A stretch of DNA of 64,000 bases, from the NCBI GenBank assembly GCA_043228905.1, contig JBHGNT010000008.1:12958001-13022000 (forward strand). The letters run 5' to 3'. Origin of the DNA: Azolla caroliniana. Taxonomy: Eukaryota > Plantae > Polypodiophyta. A program made the position numbers and the translations under genes. Numbering within the stretch: the first letter of the stretch is position 1; every line of letters begins with the position of its first letter. Below the pieces are notes generated by a model. It searched no databases. It saw only the letters and a program-made list of their open reading frames with translations, and had not been told where the DNA came from. Below, piece after piece: positions 1 to 11,200 of this stretch.

Positions 1-3000
1 TAGTAAGACTCTGGTACCAAGATGGCTCCAGCATGGCGGAGCATATGAATGCCTTCCAAGGGCTGATACACCAGGCAACGTCATTGGAAGTACCTCTCGC
101 CGATGAGGTACTAGCGCTACTCCTGCTCGGTTCCCTCCTGGATAGCTGGGAGACGTTGGTTGTCACTTTGGGCAACGCCGGGCCGGAAGGAAAACGGTTA
201 TCCCTAGCAAGAGTAAAGTCGAGCTTGCTAGATGAGGAGGCGCATCGGAAAGATAAAGATACGAGCTCCAACTCCAAAGCGCTTCTTACCGAATCGGAAC
301 GCGGAAGACGTAGAAACCGTAGTCCCCAGAACCGGGAGAAGTCAAGGGGGAGGCCCACTTGCTTCTATTGCGGCAAGCTGGGTCATTTCCAAAAGAACTG
401 TCGGCATTTCCGTAAAGACAAGGAAACCGACGGTACCGATTCGAAGCGGACCCCGGACCGGAACGGTAAAGACCGGAAGGGGCCGGACCGGAAGGGAAGG
501 ACGGCAATCGCAGCAAGTCAAGAAGAGTTGATGCTCATCACCGAGGAGAGTGAGATAAGCCTTGCCGGCGACGAGATGACCTGGGTGGTAGACTCCGGAG
601 CATCCTTCCACCTTACCCCGGACCGGAAATGCTTCTCATCCTACTGAGCCGGTGATCACGGCTGTGTCCGGATGGGGAATGAAGGTACATGCCGAATTGT
701 CGGCATAGGAGACGTGTGTTTGTCGACACCAACCGGATGCAAGTTGCTGCTGAGGGATGTCTGACACGTTCCGGAGGTTCGACTGAACCTAATATCAGCC
801 GGTCGGCTAGATGATGAAGGCTACACGGGTAGCATCCGGAACGGTGTCATGAAGTTCAGCAAGGGGAGCCTGATTGTGGCTCGGGCCCGGAAGGTCAACA
901 CCCTGTACCTGATGAATGCCCGGTTATGTCCGGAAGAAGTGAACGTGGCATCCGACACTGCCGGTGAGCTGTGGCACAAGAGGCTGTGTCATATGAGCGA
1001 GAAGGGGATGAAGAGGCTTGCAGACGACAACCTTATTCAAGTGAAGAACGTGCACATGGAGAAGTGCACTGATTGTCTGGCCGGTAAACAAAACCAGACC
1101 TCCTTCTGACCAAGGCCACCGATGAGACGTAATGCACCACTTGAGTTGGTGCATACGGATGTGTGTCAAGTAGACACGAAGTCACATACCGGAGCGCAGT
1201 ACTTCATGACGTTTATAGATGACCACAGTTGGAAGTTGTGGGCCACACCGTTGAAGATGAAGGATCAGGTGCTATCCGTCTTCAAAGAGCTCCACGCGAG
1301 AGTGGAAAGAGAAACTGGCCGGAAGCTGAAGGCGGTTCGAGCAGACAACGGAGGAGAATACCGGGGGCAGTTCGAGGAGTACTGCTGCTCGAAGGGAATC
1401 CGGCTCGAATTTACCGTGCCGAAGACACCGGAACTAAACGGACCGGCCGAGAGGATGAACCGGACCATAATGGAGAGAGTCTGGAGTATGCTAGCGCAGG
1501 CAAAACTACCCAAGAAGTTTTGGGTTGAGGCATTGTCGACGGCGACATACGTGATAAACAAATCACCCTCAGTACCCTTGGACGGAGACACGCCACAGAG
1601 AGTATGGACCGGTAAGGAAGTGTCCTACCGGCATCTGAAGGTGTTCAGGTGTCTCGCGTACGTGCATGTAGCTAAGGACCGGAGAGGAAAGTTAGATCCA
1701 AAGACCCGGCCATGCTTATTCCTCAGTTACGGTGACGATGAGTTCGGCTACCGAGTGTGGGACCCGGTTGACAAGAAGGTATTCCGGAGTCGAGATATTA
1801 TCTTCATGGAGGACAAGACACATGCCGACTGGGAGTCGGAAAAGAAGATAATGAACTCCGAGTCGACCGGTAAGGATAGACTCTACGATGAGCAGACCCA
1901 ACCGGCAAGAGACCGGTTAGCACTCGAGGAACCAGCCGGTTATGGTGAGGATACCGAACCGGCAGAAGAAGAAGTAGAGGAAGCTGAGACCGGAACCGGC
2001 CTAGACCCCGAATCGGATTCGGATGAAGAGCAAATGGAGGAGCCGGCTACCGAAGCCCAGAGACGGAGATATCCTCTAAGAGAGAGAAGGGCCCCCCGGA
2101 GATTTCCGGATGCAGGACATGTGCTGCTAACCGATGAGGGGGAGCCGGAAAGCTTCAAAGAAGCGAAGGATGACACCCACAGCCGAAAATGGTTAAGTGC
2201 CATGCAGGACGAGATGGATTCCCTGCATGAGAACCATACGTACGAATTGGTGGAGTTGCCGAAAGGAAAGTGGGCACTCCGAAACAAATGGGTGTACAAG
2301 TTGAAACCGGGAGATGCCGGCAACCCCCCGAGATACAAAGCTAAGATCGTGGTGAAGGGGTTCCAGCAGAAGAAGGGCATGGACTTCGACGAGATATTTG
2401 CCCCGGTAGTAAAGATGACCTCCATCCGGACGGTGCTGAGTATAGCGGCAAACATGGACCTTGAGGTAGAGCAGCTGGACGTGAAGACGGCATTCCTCCA
2501 CGGCGACCTTGAAGAGGAGATCTACATGCAGCAACCGGAAGGATTCGTAGAGAAAGGGAAGGAGCACCTGGTATGCCGGCTGAAGAAGAGCCTGTACGGA
2601 CTAAAGCAGACTCCCCGACAATGGTACCGGAAGTTCGATTCCTTCATGACCGATCAAGGGTACCACAAGACGTAGGCCGATCACTGTGTGTTTGTGAAGA
2701 AGTTCAAAGGAGGCGACTTCTTGATACTCCTCCTCTACGTGGATGACATGTTGATCGTCGGACGTGACCAAGTCAAAATACGGACGGATGCTGAAGAAGG
2801 CTCTCAACCGGACCTTCTCAATGAAAGACTTGGGTCCGGCCAGACAGATGTTGGGGATGCACATCATTCGGGACCGGTCAAAGAAGAAATTATGGCTGTC
2901 ACAGGAGAAGTATGTGACAAAGGTGCTTCACTGGTTCAACATGTCAGAAGCGAAACCGGTCGGATCGACACTTCCGGCAAACTGTAGGCTATCCGGTAAG

Positions 3001-3716
3001 CAAAGCCCGAAGACGAAAGCAGAGAAGGCGGATATGATGAAGATTCCATATGCCCCTGCCGTTGGGAGCTTGATGGACGCAATGGTTTGTACCCGACCGG
3101 ACATAGGATACGCAGTCAGAGTGGTGATCCGGTTCATGAGCAATCCCGGCAAGGAGCACTGGAACGTTGTCAAATGGATACTCCGGTATTTCAAGGGCAC
3201 TTCAAATATGTGTCTGCGATTCGGCTCCGGAAAACCTCAACTTGACGGTTTCACCGATTCGGACATGTCGGCTGATGTGGATACCAGTCGGTCTACATCC
3301 GGGTATGTATTGACATATGTAGGGGGAGCTGTTTCGTGGCAGTCGAGGCTGCAGAAGACGGTTGCGTTGTCAACCACAGAGGCGGAGTACATGGCGGTTG
3401 TGGAAGCCGGCAAGGATATTTATGGATGAAGGACTTCATCAGAGAGCTCGGTATTTGGCAAGATGAATACCGACTCTATTGTGACAGTCAAAGTGCCATC
3501 CACAATGCTAAGAATGCGGCCTACCATTCCCGGACGAAGCATATCCAACGAAGGTATCACTGGATCCGGGAAAGAGTAGATGAACAGGAGTTCGCACTGT
3601 CGAAGATCCACACGGCTGAGAAAGGGTCAGATATGCTAACCAAAGTTCTGATACCCGACAAGTTGGATGCATGCCGGAAGCGGGTCGGACTGGTAAGACA
3701 CCCCATGCCGGAGTGA
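1..3716 (+). pseudogene. Ty1/copia gag-pol (family A), 5' end outside window, disrupted by stops and frameshifts
   Basis: Order: gag CCHC (CFYCGKLGHFQKNC), protease (WVVDSGAS), GAG-pre-integrase (LWHKRLCH), integrase (VHTDV, RADNGGEY, AERMNRT), RT (QLDVKTAFLHG, YVDDML), RNase H (DSQSAI, RTKHI). Stops at 645, 1107, 2673; frameshifts near 2785 and 3420. Confidence 0.97.
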
Positions 3717-3726
3717 AGGGGGAGTT

Positions 3727-4440
3727 TGTTGGGTGACAGGTCCCTCCGGATGGGAAGAGAGAAGAACAGTGCCGGATGAGGAGTACCCGGCTACGGAGAG
3801 CCGGATGGTGCAGACCCGGTATGTACCGGATGAGGAGTACCCGGCTACGGAGAGTCGGATGGTGCAGACCCGGCATGAACCGGATGAAGAGTACTCGGCT
3901 ACGGAGAGCCGGATGATACAGACCCGGTGAAGACCGGATGAGGAGTACCCGGCTACGGAGAACCGGATGGTACAGACCTGGTGAGAACCGGACGAAGAGA
4001 CATATTCGTAAATATGTTTCTGAGAGCCCATCGAGGCTATATTTGTAAATAGCCGAAAAGTCATATTAGTATAAATATGACTTAGGGCAAACTTACTGTG
4101 AGTTGTTGTTATTTTTCTTGTTGGTGCAAGAAGTAGAGAGTGCACGTAACAGTGAACAGAGATAGAGAGAGAAAGAGGTCGCTGCCTCTGTTGTAACCGC
4201 CGCCTGTGGCGAAGATCGTGAGCACGAGATCGTTGCCTCCGTGCACTCACTGTTGTATATTCTAGTTTGCAGCCTGTGGGCTGCCGTGGTTTTTTTCCCT
4301 AGTTTGGGTTTCCACGTAAACATCCTGTGTAATCTTCTCCTCTTTGTGTCGTGTGTTTTTTTTCGTTTCCTGTTTTCTGTCTATAAAAGAATCTCGGTTG
4401 TGGCTGAGCGTTGGACATAAGGAGCGTTGAGTTCCCATCA
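3727..4440 (+). mobile_element. 3' LTR of copia family A
   Basis: Follows PPT GAAGGGGGAG (3715-3724); TGTTGGG...CCCATCA termini; TATAAAT near 4070; family-B sequence resumes at 4441. Confidence 0.88.
3772..3998 (+). repeat. 54-bp tandem repeat, 4 copies plus a partial, in U3 of the copia A LTR
   Basis: CCGGATGAGGAGTACCCGGCTACGGAGAG... restarts at 3772, 3826, 3880, 3934, 3988. Confidence 0.95.
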
Positions 4441-5132
4441 GAAAGGAGGAGAGAAATGATGATATTCGAAAAGCCGAAACGGATGATGGTTTAGATTTCA
4501 AACTGACTGTTGAAGTTAAAATGTTCGTGTCGGATGAAGAAGCCAAGGATGGATGGACATGTGCAGATAGAACGGACAAGTGGAGACTTGTCAAACGCTA
4601 GGGGAGGGACCACAAAGGGAAGCCAAAGCCAAAGCCAACCAAAAAAGGGGAAGGTAAAGCTAGCAACGCCAAGAAGATCGAGACACAGACGTGGTCTGAC
4701 GTCGTGAAGGGTTTGGAGATCGAGGACGACTTGGGGGCAACCAACTCGGACGAGAGCAAGAACGAATTGGAGACAACCGATTCATTCAAGATTCGAAGTG
4801 AATCGGAAACAATCGATTCAATCGGAATGGTAGACTCGAGGGAGTCGAATCAATTGGCCAAGCGGTCAAGAGGGAAGCGGAAGTCGACACGAACACGGAG
4901 GAGCCGGTAGGTCGAGAAGCGCCAAGACCTCGACAGCAAGGGAGCTGACAAGAGCCACGGGAGTAGACAAACCGACTAAGAAGGTCGAGGTGCGCGGAAC
5001 CGGACGAGTCATGGGAAAAGGAACCGGACCAAACGAGGAGGGCGAGACATGAGACAAGATGCCCGGAGGAGCCAGATGAAAGGGCAGCGGACACACATTG
5101 CAATCCGATCTCAAGTTGAGCTTGAGGGGGAG
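4441..5132 (+). mobile_element. 3' internal region of copia family B (post-RNase H extension plus PPT), unit 1
   Basis: Homologous to 35630-36302; ends in PPT CTTGAGGGGGAG before LTR start TGTCGAGC. Confidence 0.9.
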
Positions 5133-5463
5133 TGTCGAGCGGGAAAGCTCAACCAGATCAGGATCGGTTGAATAAGCTAGAGCCAAATCAGTATCTGGAG
5201 TGCAGAACTGGATCGAAGTCCGGATAGATCGGTATCCAAAACCTATAGTCAGACGGGAGAACCAGATCGTACTCTGGAATAGTGAGAATTGGTAGGCCGT
5301 TGGAGCCTAAAGTCAAAGCCTAGTACGTAGGCATATTCCTTGGAGTTAGTGTCAATCGCTCGTATGAGCATTGAAGTACATGTCAATACTTCTGTCAATC
5401 CTTTAAAGGACTTGTATAAAAAGTGTTTAGTAGGACATTTGTAGGTACAAAGAGTTTTTTTTT
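5133..5463 (+). mobile_element. Copia family B LTR1, left part (continues at 35194-35336)
   Basis: Matches 36303-36635; interrupted in a T-run by the element at 5464-35193. Confidence 0.9.
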
Positions 5464-7814
5464 TGTTAAGCATCAAGTGATTAAGTACGGGTTAATTAGT
5501 ACCTAATTATGTGATTAAGTTAAGCGAAAGATTAAGTGATATGTGTGGGTATGTGTGTGAAAGGAAGGGAGAGAGAAGTACACTTATGAAAAACACAAGA
5601 TGGGGGATGATTAACTCTATATTAAATTAGCATCAACATCATCCAATACAAAAATACCTACAATGAGGTATATATAGATCTCATGTGCAAGGGTGCACAT
5701 GTGTGACGAGAATATAGGTACAAAGGCGTAAGTCCTATATTAAATGTACTTGGGAGTGGAGGAATAAGAATATCCCACTGAGTACAATGTCCTATTTAAG
5801 GCGTTATAGTCAACACTTCTAACTAGATTCTATCTAGGTAACTACGAAGTTACATGATTGACTAACTAACTAAACTAATTTGAGCTTAATCTCTCAACAC
5901 GCCCCCTCAAGCTCAAGTGTGAGGCATCCGACATCCGCTTTGGCTTTCGTTGGCTTCGTGTGCTTCCGTCCAGCCTTCGGCTTTCTTCGTCATGGCAATC
6001 TTGGGTCCTCACCCTCAAGCCAGTGACGAAGGCTTGTAGTGTATGGGCGAAGGTCGACTACTTCCACCCATTGTGGGTTACGAGACACTTCTGTAGAGCT
6101 CTCGGGCTCTTGTTTGGCAGTTACCTTCATTGGGAAGGCATAATGATGGACCATGTACTCGTTGTAGCCAAGCCGAGTGACATGACTTGTCTCTCTAGAT
6201 GAGCGTCAAAGTTTTTCTCTTGCCGATGTGAGCGCCTTCTTTACTATGGGTGTCTGCATGATGGGTACACCAAACTCACTATCTAGTGAGTGAGCCGACA
6301 CATCCGAATCACTTTTGTCGGAGTAGTCGACTTCATATTCGAGCATCTTACCTTTGCCTTTGTCCAAGTTCGGACTTGGCCGCGATGTGCTTGGAAGGCT
6401 TGAAGACTCGTGTGGTCCACTTAGCTCGATAGAGCTTGGATGGTCCTTTGGTGAAAGGCTTGGCCGAATATCATCCTTTGAGTTGACATTCAACTCTTCC
6501 CTGGTCGTGCCGGGTGGAGCCAAATCGGGCTTATACCAAGATGCTGATTCGTCGGAGACTGTGTCTTGACTCAACCGAACCGCTCGGGTTGAAGGGTTAT
6601 AGCATTTCTATGCCTTCTTCTCATACAAGTATCCTATCATGATACATTCCACCGACTTCACGACAGGCTTCTATCGGCTTTCGTTCAGGATGCGTACATT
6701 CGCAATGGTTCTGAACACCTTGAGGCGCGACAGGATCAACTTCCTTCTGACAAGGAGCTTGTATGGAGTTAGCTCATGCACTCCATTGGTGGTGCATCGA
6801 TTCATGAGATAGATGTCCGTGGATGCCACTTCGGCCCAATAGAAGTTCGGCATGTGTTTCTCATGCATCATGGCGTGTGCTACCTCGAGTATTTGCCGAT
6901 TTTTCCTTTCGGCGACTCCATTTTGTCAAGGTGTGTGTCAGCATGAGAATTCTCTCCGAATGCCTTCACTTGGGAGGTAGGAGGTGAATTCATCGGAGAA
7001 GTACTCCTTGCCTCCATTTGATCGTAGACATCGTACATGTCGGCAAGTGGCTTTCTCGATTTTATTCTTAAATCTTTGGAAGTGTCCGAACACTTTGCTC
7101 TTTTGCCGCATGGGGTAGATCTAGGTGTGCTTGGACAAGTCATCGATGAAGGCCACGTAGTATCGGCATCTGCCGAATGTAGCCGTCTGAGCCAGACCCC
7201 ATACATAAGAATGAATTACGTCAAGTACACCTTTGCTCACGTTCTGCTCCTTCGGAAATGGGTGCCGATGTTGCTTGTCGAATTGGCAAGTGGCACACAT
7301 GCCTTCAATCTCTTTCTCCTTGAATGTCGGGAGCCCGATGGCGACTCCTTTTTGCATTGCCTTGAGATTTTGGAGGTTAATATGACCAATCTGCTTGTGC
7401 CATAACTGTATGTTGGAATCGGTTTTAGTGGCCTTTGAGAACATGGCCTATTTCATCTCGTGCAAGTCGAGAATGAACATTCGGCCCTCTCTTCGTCCGC
7501 GAGCGATGAGTCGGCCCTCTTTTTCGATTAAGCAACCGCCTTGATTAAATCGTACTTGCATCCCTTGCTCAACAATTTGGCCGACAGAGACCAAATTCTT
7601 TGTAATGGTTGGTACATGCAAGGAATTTTTAATAAAATTTTGGTTACCTTATTTGCCGAATGGGACATTGTTGATGTGTCGAATCAGATGCGTAGTGTTG
7701 TCATAGCCAGGTCAGTCCAGCTCTCGAAGTTCTCTGAACCATTCTCGATGAGACATCATATGGTTCGAGGCACTGGATTCGACAAACTATACGTCTTTCG
7801 GACGATATGCGCTA

Positions 7815-8005
7815 TTCGAAGTAGAAGCCAACATACAATTTGCTCTATGTCTCATCACGAACATTCCTCCACGATCGTCATAGTCGAAGTTGATGGCATA
7901 ATTGGTGAGTTCGAAGTAGAAGCCAACATACAATTTGCTCTATGTCTCATCACGAACATTCCTCCACGATCATCATAGTCGGAGTTGTTGGCGTAATTGG
8001 TGAGT
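7815..8005. repeat. 95-bp tandem duplication in the copia F gag/protease linker
   Basis: TTCGAAGTAGAAGCCAACATACAATTTGCTC... at 7815 and 7910. Confidence 0.85.
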
Positions 8006-8246
8006 TGTCGGCTAGTGGATGCCGACTCGCGTATCTTCTTACGACATTCTTCTTCGTGGTGACCGATTTTTCAACAATATCCGCATTCGACCGAGTTTTG
8101 TCAGCTCGGACCAGAATGGAAGCTCACCCTTCTTCCGAAGGTTCCTCAATGGCTTTCGTCTTGATTCTGAAATTGCGAGTTGTTTTCATAAGTCGGGCCT
8201 CGTCCGCCTCTTCCTTGACCGAATAGGCCTCTTCTTGCATGGTCGT

Positions 8247-11200
8247 TGTCATGATATGGCAAGACTCGAACCCATGACCTTATGCTACATGGGGCGAGCT
8301 CTTGACCATTAGACCATACATTGTAATACGTAGAATATTATTTTCATTTACGTTTTATTATAGAAAATTGATGTATATTCCAGATTTCTCTGGAACATTC
8401 TAGAAACTTCAGGAGTAATCCTGAGAACACTATAAAAGGAGGCACAAGGCATTATTTCGAACCAAATCGGTTCAACGCCAATCTTAAGCCTCCTAGCTAC
8501 TATTGTATACTCTCTTCACATAATATATATCATTTATCATCATTCTCTCTCACCCTTTCTCTCTCTCGTTCACTCTTTCCTTCTCTCGAGAGTTCTACAT
8601 CTCTCTTAGTACTAATCCTCATCTTTTAGTACTAATTCCTTCTCTTTCTTAGTACTGATCCTGACAGTTTGAACTGATTTTGGTCCTCTTCTGTCTCCCT
8701 CCCTTCATACTAATCTCTTATTCCTCTTTCCTCTCATCCCATGGCCATTATTAGCACTCAAGAATATCAATTTGTTTTCTTGGAGTTGCAATGCTTGAAA
8801 GAGAAGTTCCTTGCTTTGGAACAAGGAAATCAACGGTTGTTGGGGGATCTTCAACAAATCTCCTTAGAAAAGCAGCAAACGCAACAACAACATGGGGAAC
8901 TTGCGTTACGCGTGCAACAACTCGAAGCAACTATTGTAGCGATGCAACAACAAGGACCCAGAACACAAGGGATTCATAAAGAACCCAAGATCGGCCTTCC
9001 CAAGAAATTCAATGGAACGCGATCGCAGTTTAAAGGGTTCCTTAATTAGATACGACTAGTTATTCAAGTGCATCCTTCCCAATATCCCACCGATGCATCA
9101 CGAGTGGGTTTAGTAGGCACGTTGTTAAGTGGCTCAACGTTGGCATGGTTCACTCCGTTGTTAGAAAAAGAATCTCCATTACTAAACAATTTTGAAGAGT
9201 TTATAAGTGAGTTTAAAGCCTGTTTTGGAGATACTAACAGCATAAGGACAGCAATCAACAAAATCCAATGACTACGTCAAGGCGATCGTCCAACCTCCGC
9301 ATACGCTGCAGATTTTCGTCTACTCGCCTCCGATATCCCCTGGGATGATCAAGCGTTAATGGAGCAATTTCGTTATGGTCTATGTAACGATGTCAAAGAT
9401 TTACTCTTGACCTTTCCTAAAGAACCAAAGTCATTAACATAAGCAATCAGTCGCGCAGTGAGATGCAACAATTGTCCTAGATAATCTAGCATGTGTAGTA
9501 TCATTTAATATAATTAGCATCCCAGAACACCCCATTGTTTTAGGATTACCATGGTTCGAATTACATAACCCAGACATAGATTGGAGAACAAGAGAAATCT
9601 GGTATCGAAAAGCCCGAGGGTCTACTCATGAGATTGCAACCATTTCGCTACATCAGTTGCGAGAAGAAGGACGCAAGGAAGAAATGTTTCTCTTCGCAAT
9701 ATCAGTAAAGCCCTCAGACACCATTAAAGAGGAGTCCACCGTTCAACTTCCAAAGAAGTATCATCATTATGCCGAGGTGTTCGATAAAGTACAAACCAAT
9801 ACGCTTCCTTACCATCGACCATATGATTGCCCCATTGATTTACAACCGGGGAAAGAGCCACCTTGGGGACCGATCTACAATTTGTCACCAACTGAGCTAG
9901 AAGTTCTGCGAGCCTATATAGAGGAGAATTTGGAAAATGGTTTCATTCGGCATTCGAAATCTCTAGCCGGCGCACCCATTTTCTTCGTACAGAAAAAGGA
10001 TGGATCACTTCGTCTCCTTGTAGATTACCATGGCTTGAATAAGGTTACAATCAGAAATAGGTATGCACTTCTCCTTATCTCAAGTCTTTTAGAACGGATC
10101 AATGGTGCAAGGTTCTTCACAAAGATCAACTTACCGGGAGCCTATAACCTCGTACGGATCCGACCAGGAGATGAATGGAAGACCATGTTTCGCACTAGAT
10201 ATGGGCACTTCAAGTATACGGCCATGCCGTTCGGCCTCACTAATGCGCCAACAGTCTTCCAACACATGGCAAATGATATATTGCAAGATCTCTTGGATGT
10301 TTGTTTGATCATCTATTTGGATGATCTACTGGTTTATTCGAAGACCCAAGAAGAGCATGATTCTCATGTACTGTTAGTACTAAAACGACTTTGAGAACAT
10401 GGTCTTTATGTAAAGCTGGAAAAATGTAGTTTTGGGTGCAACCAGGAGGAATTTTTGGGATGTCATTTCCTCGGAAGGCATCTCCATGGACCCAGCTAAG
10501 TTCAAAATTGTGGTAGAGTGGTAGACTCCGCGTTCGGTGCAAGATGTGCAATGCTTTTTAGGCTTTGCCAATTTTTACCAGAAGTTCATCCAGGATTACT
10601 CAAAGCTCGTTCTGCCTCTCACACAGCTTACCAGGAAGGGAAATTGTTCGTTTGGTCTGAAGAAGCGGACATGGCTTTCGAGAGTCTTAAAAAGGCATTT
10701 ACATCGGCTCCAATTCTAGCTCATGTCGATACAGAAAAACCATTCATTATCGAAGCAGACACATCGGATTTCGCATTGGGGAGCATTCTGTCACAACGGG
10801 GTAATGATGAGAAGTTACATCCTGTGGTTTTTCATCACGTAAGTTTGACACTGCCGAAATCAACTACGAAATTCATGATAAGGAGCTATTGGCAATAATG
10901 GACTCTTTTACGCAATGGAGGCATTTTCTAGAGGGATCCTCTCATCAAGTCACCGTATTCAGTGACCACAAAAACCTTGCCTATTTTCAGGACGCTCGTG
11001 TGTTAAATCGACGTCAAGCGCAGTGGGCCCACTTCCTCACACGTTTCGACTTCAAAATTACATATCGTCTAGGGAAGCACCAAGGGAAGGCAGATGCATT
11101 ATCATGGCGTTCGTACCTAGCATTGTGTCCCGGTGTCGTGAAGTACGAAAGCTTCACATTAAAAGTCTACAATAAGATAAATACGTAACTAAAATAAAAT

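Noticed and set aside
3772-3998. CRISPR-like regular repeats
   Set aside because: Head-to-tail units with no unique spacers, inside an LTR, in eukaryotic DNA with no cas genes.
8247-8320. Functional tRNA genes at the A/B-box cassettes
   Set aside because: Acceptor and anticodon stems do not pair, so they are reported as tRNA-like motifs only.
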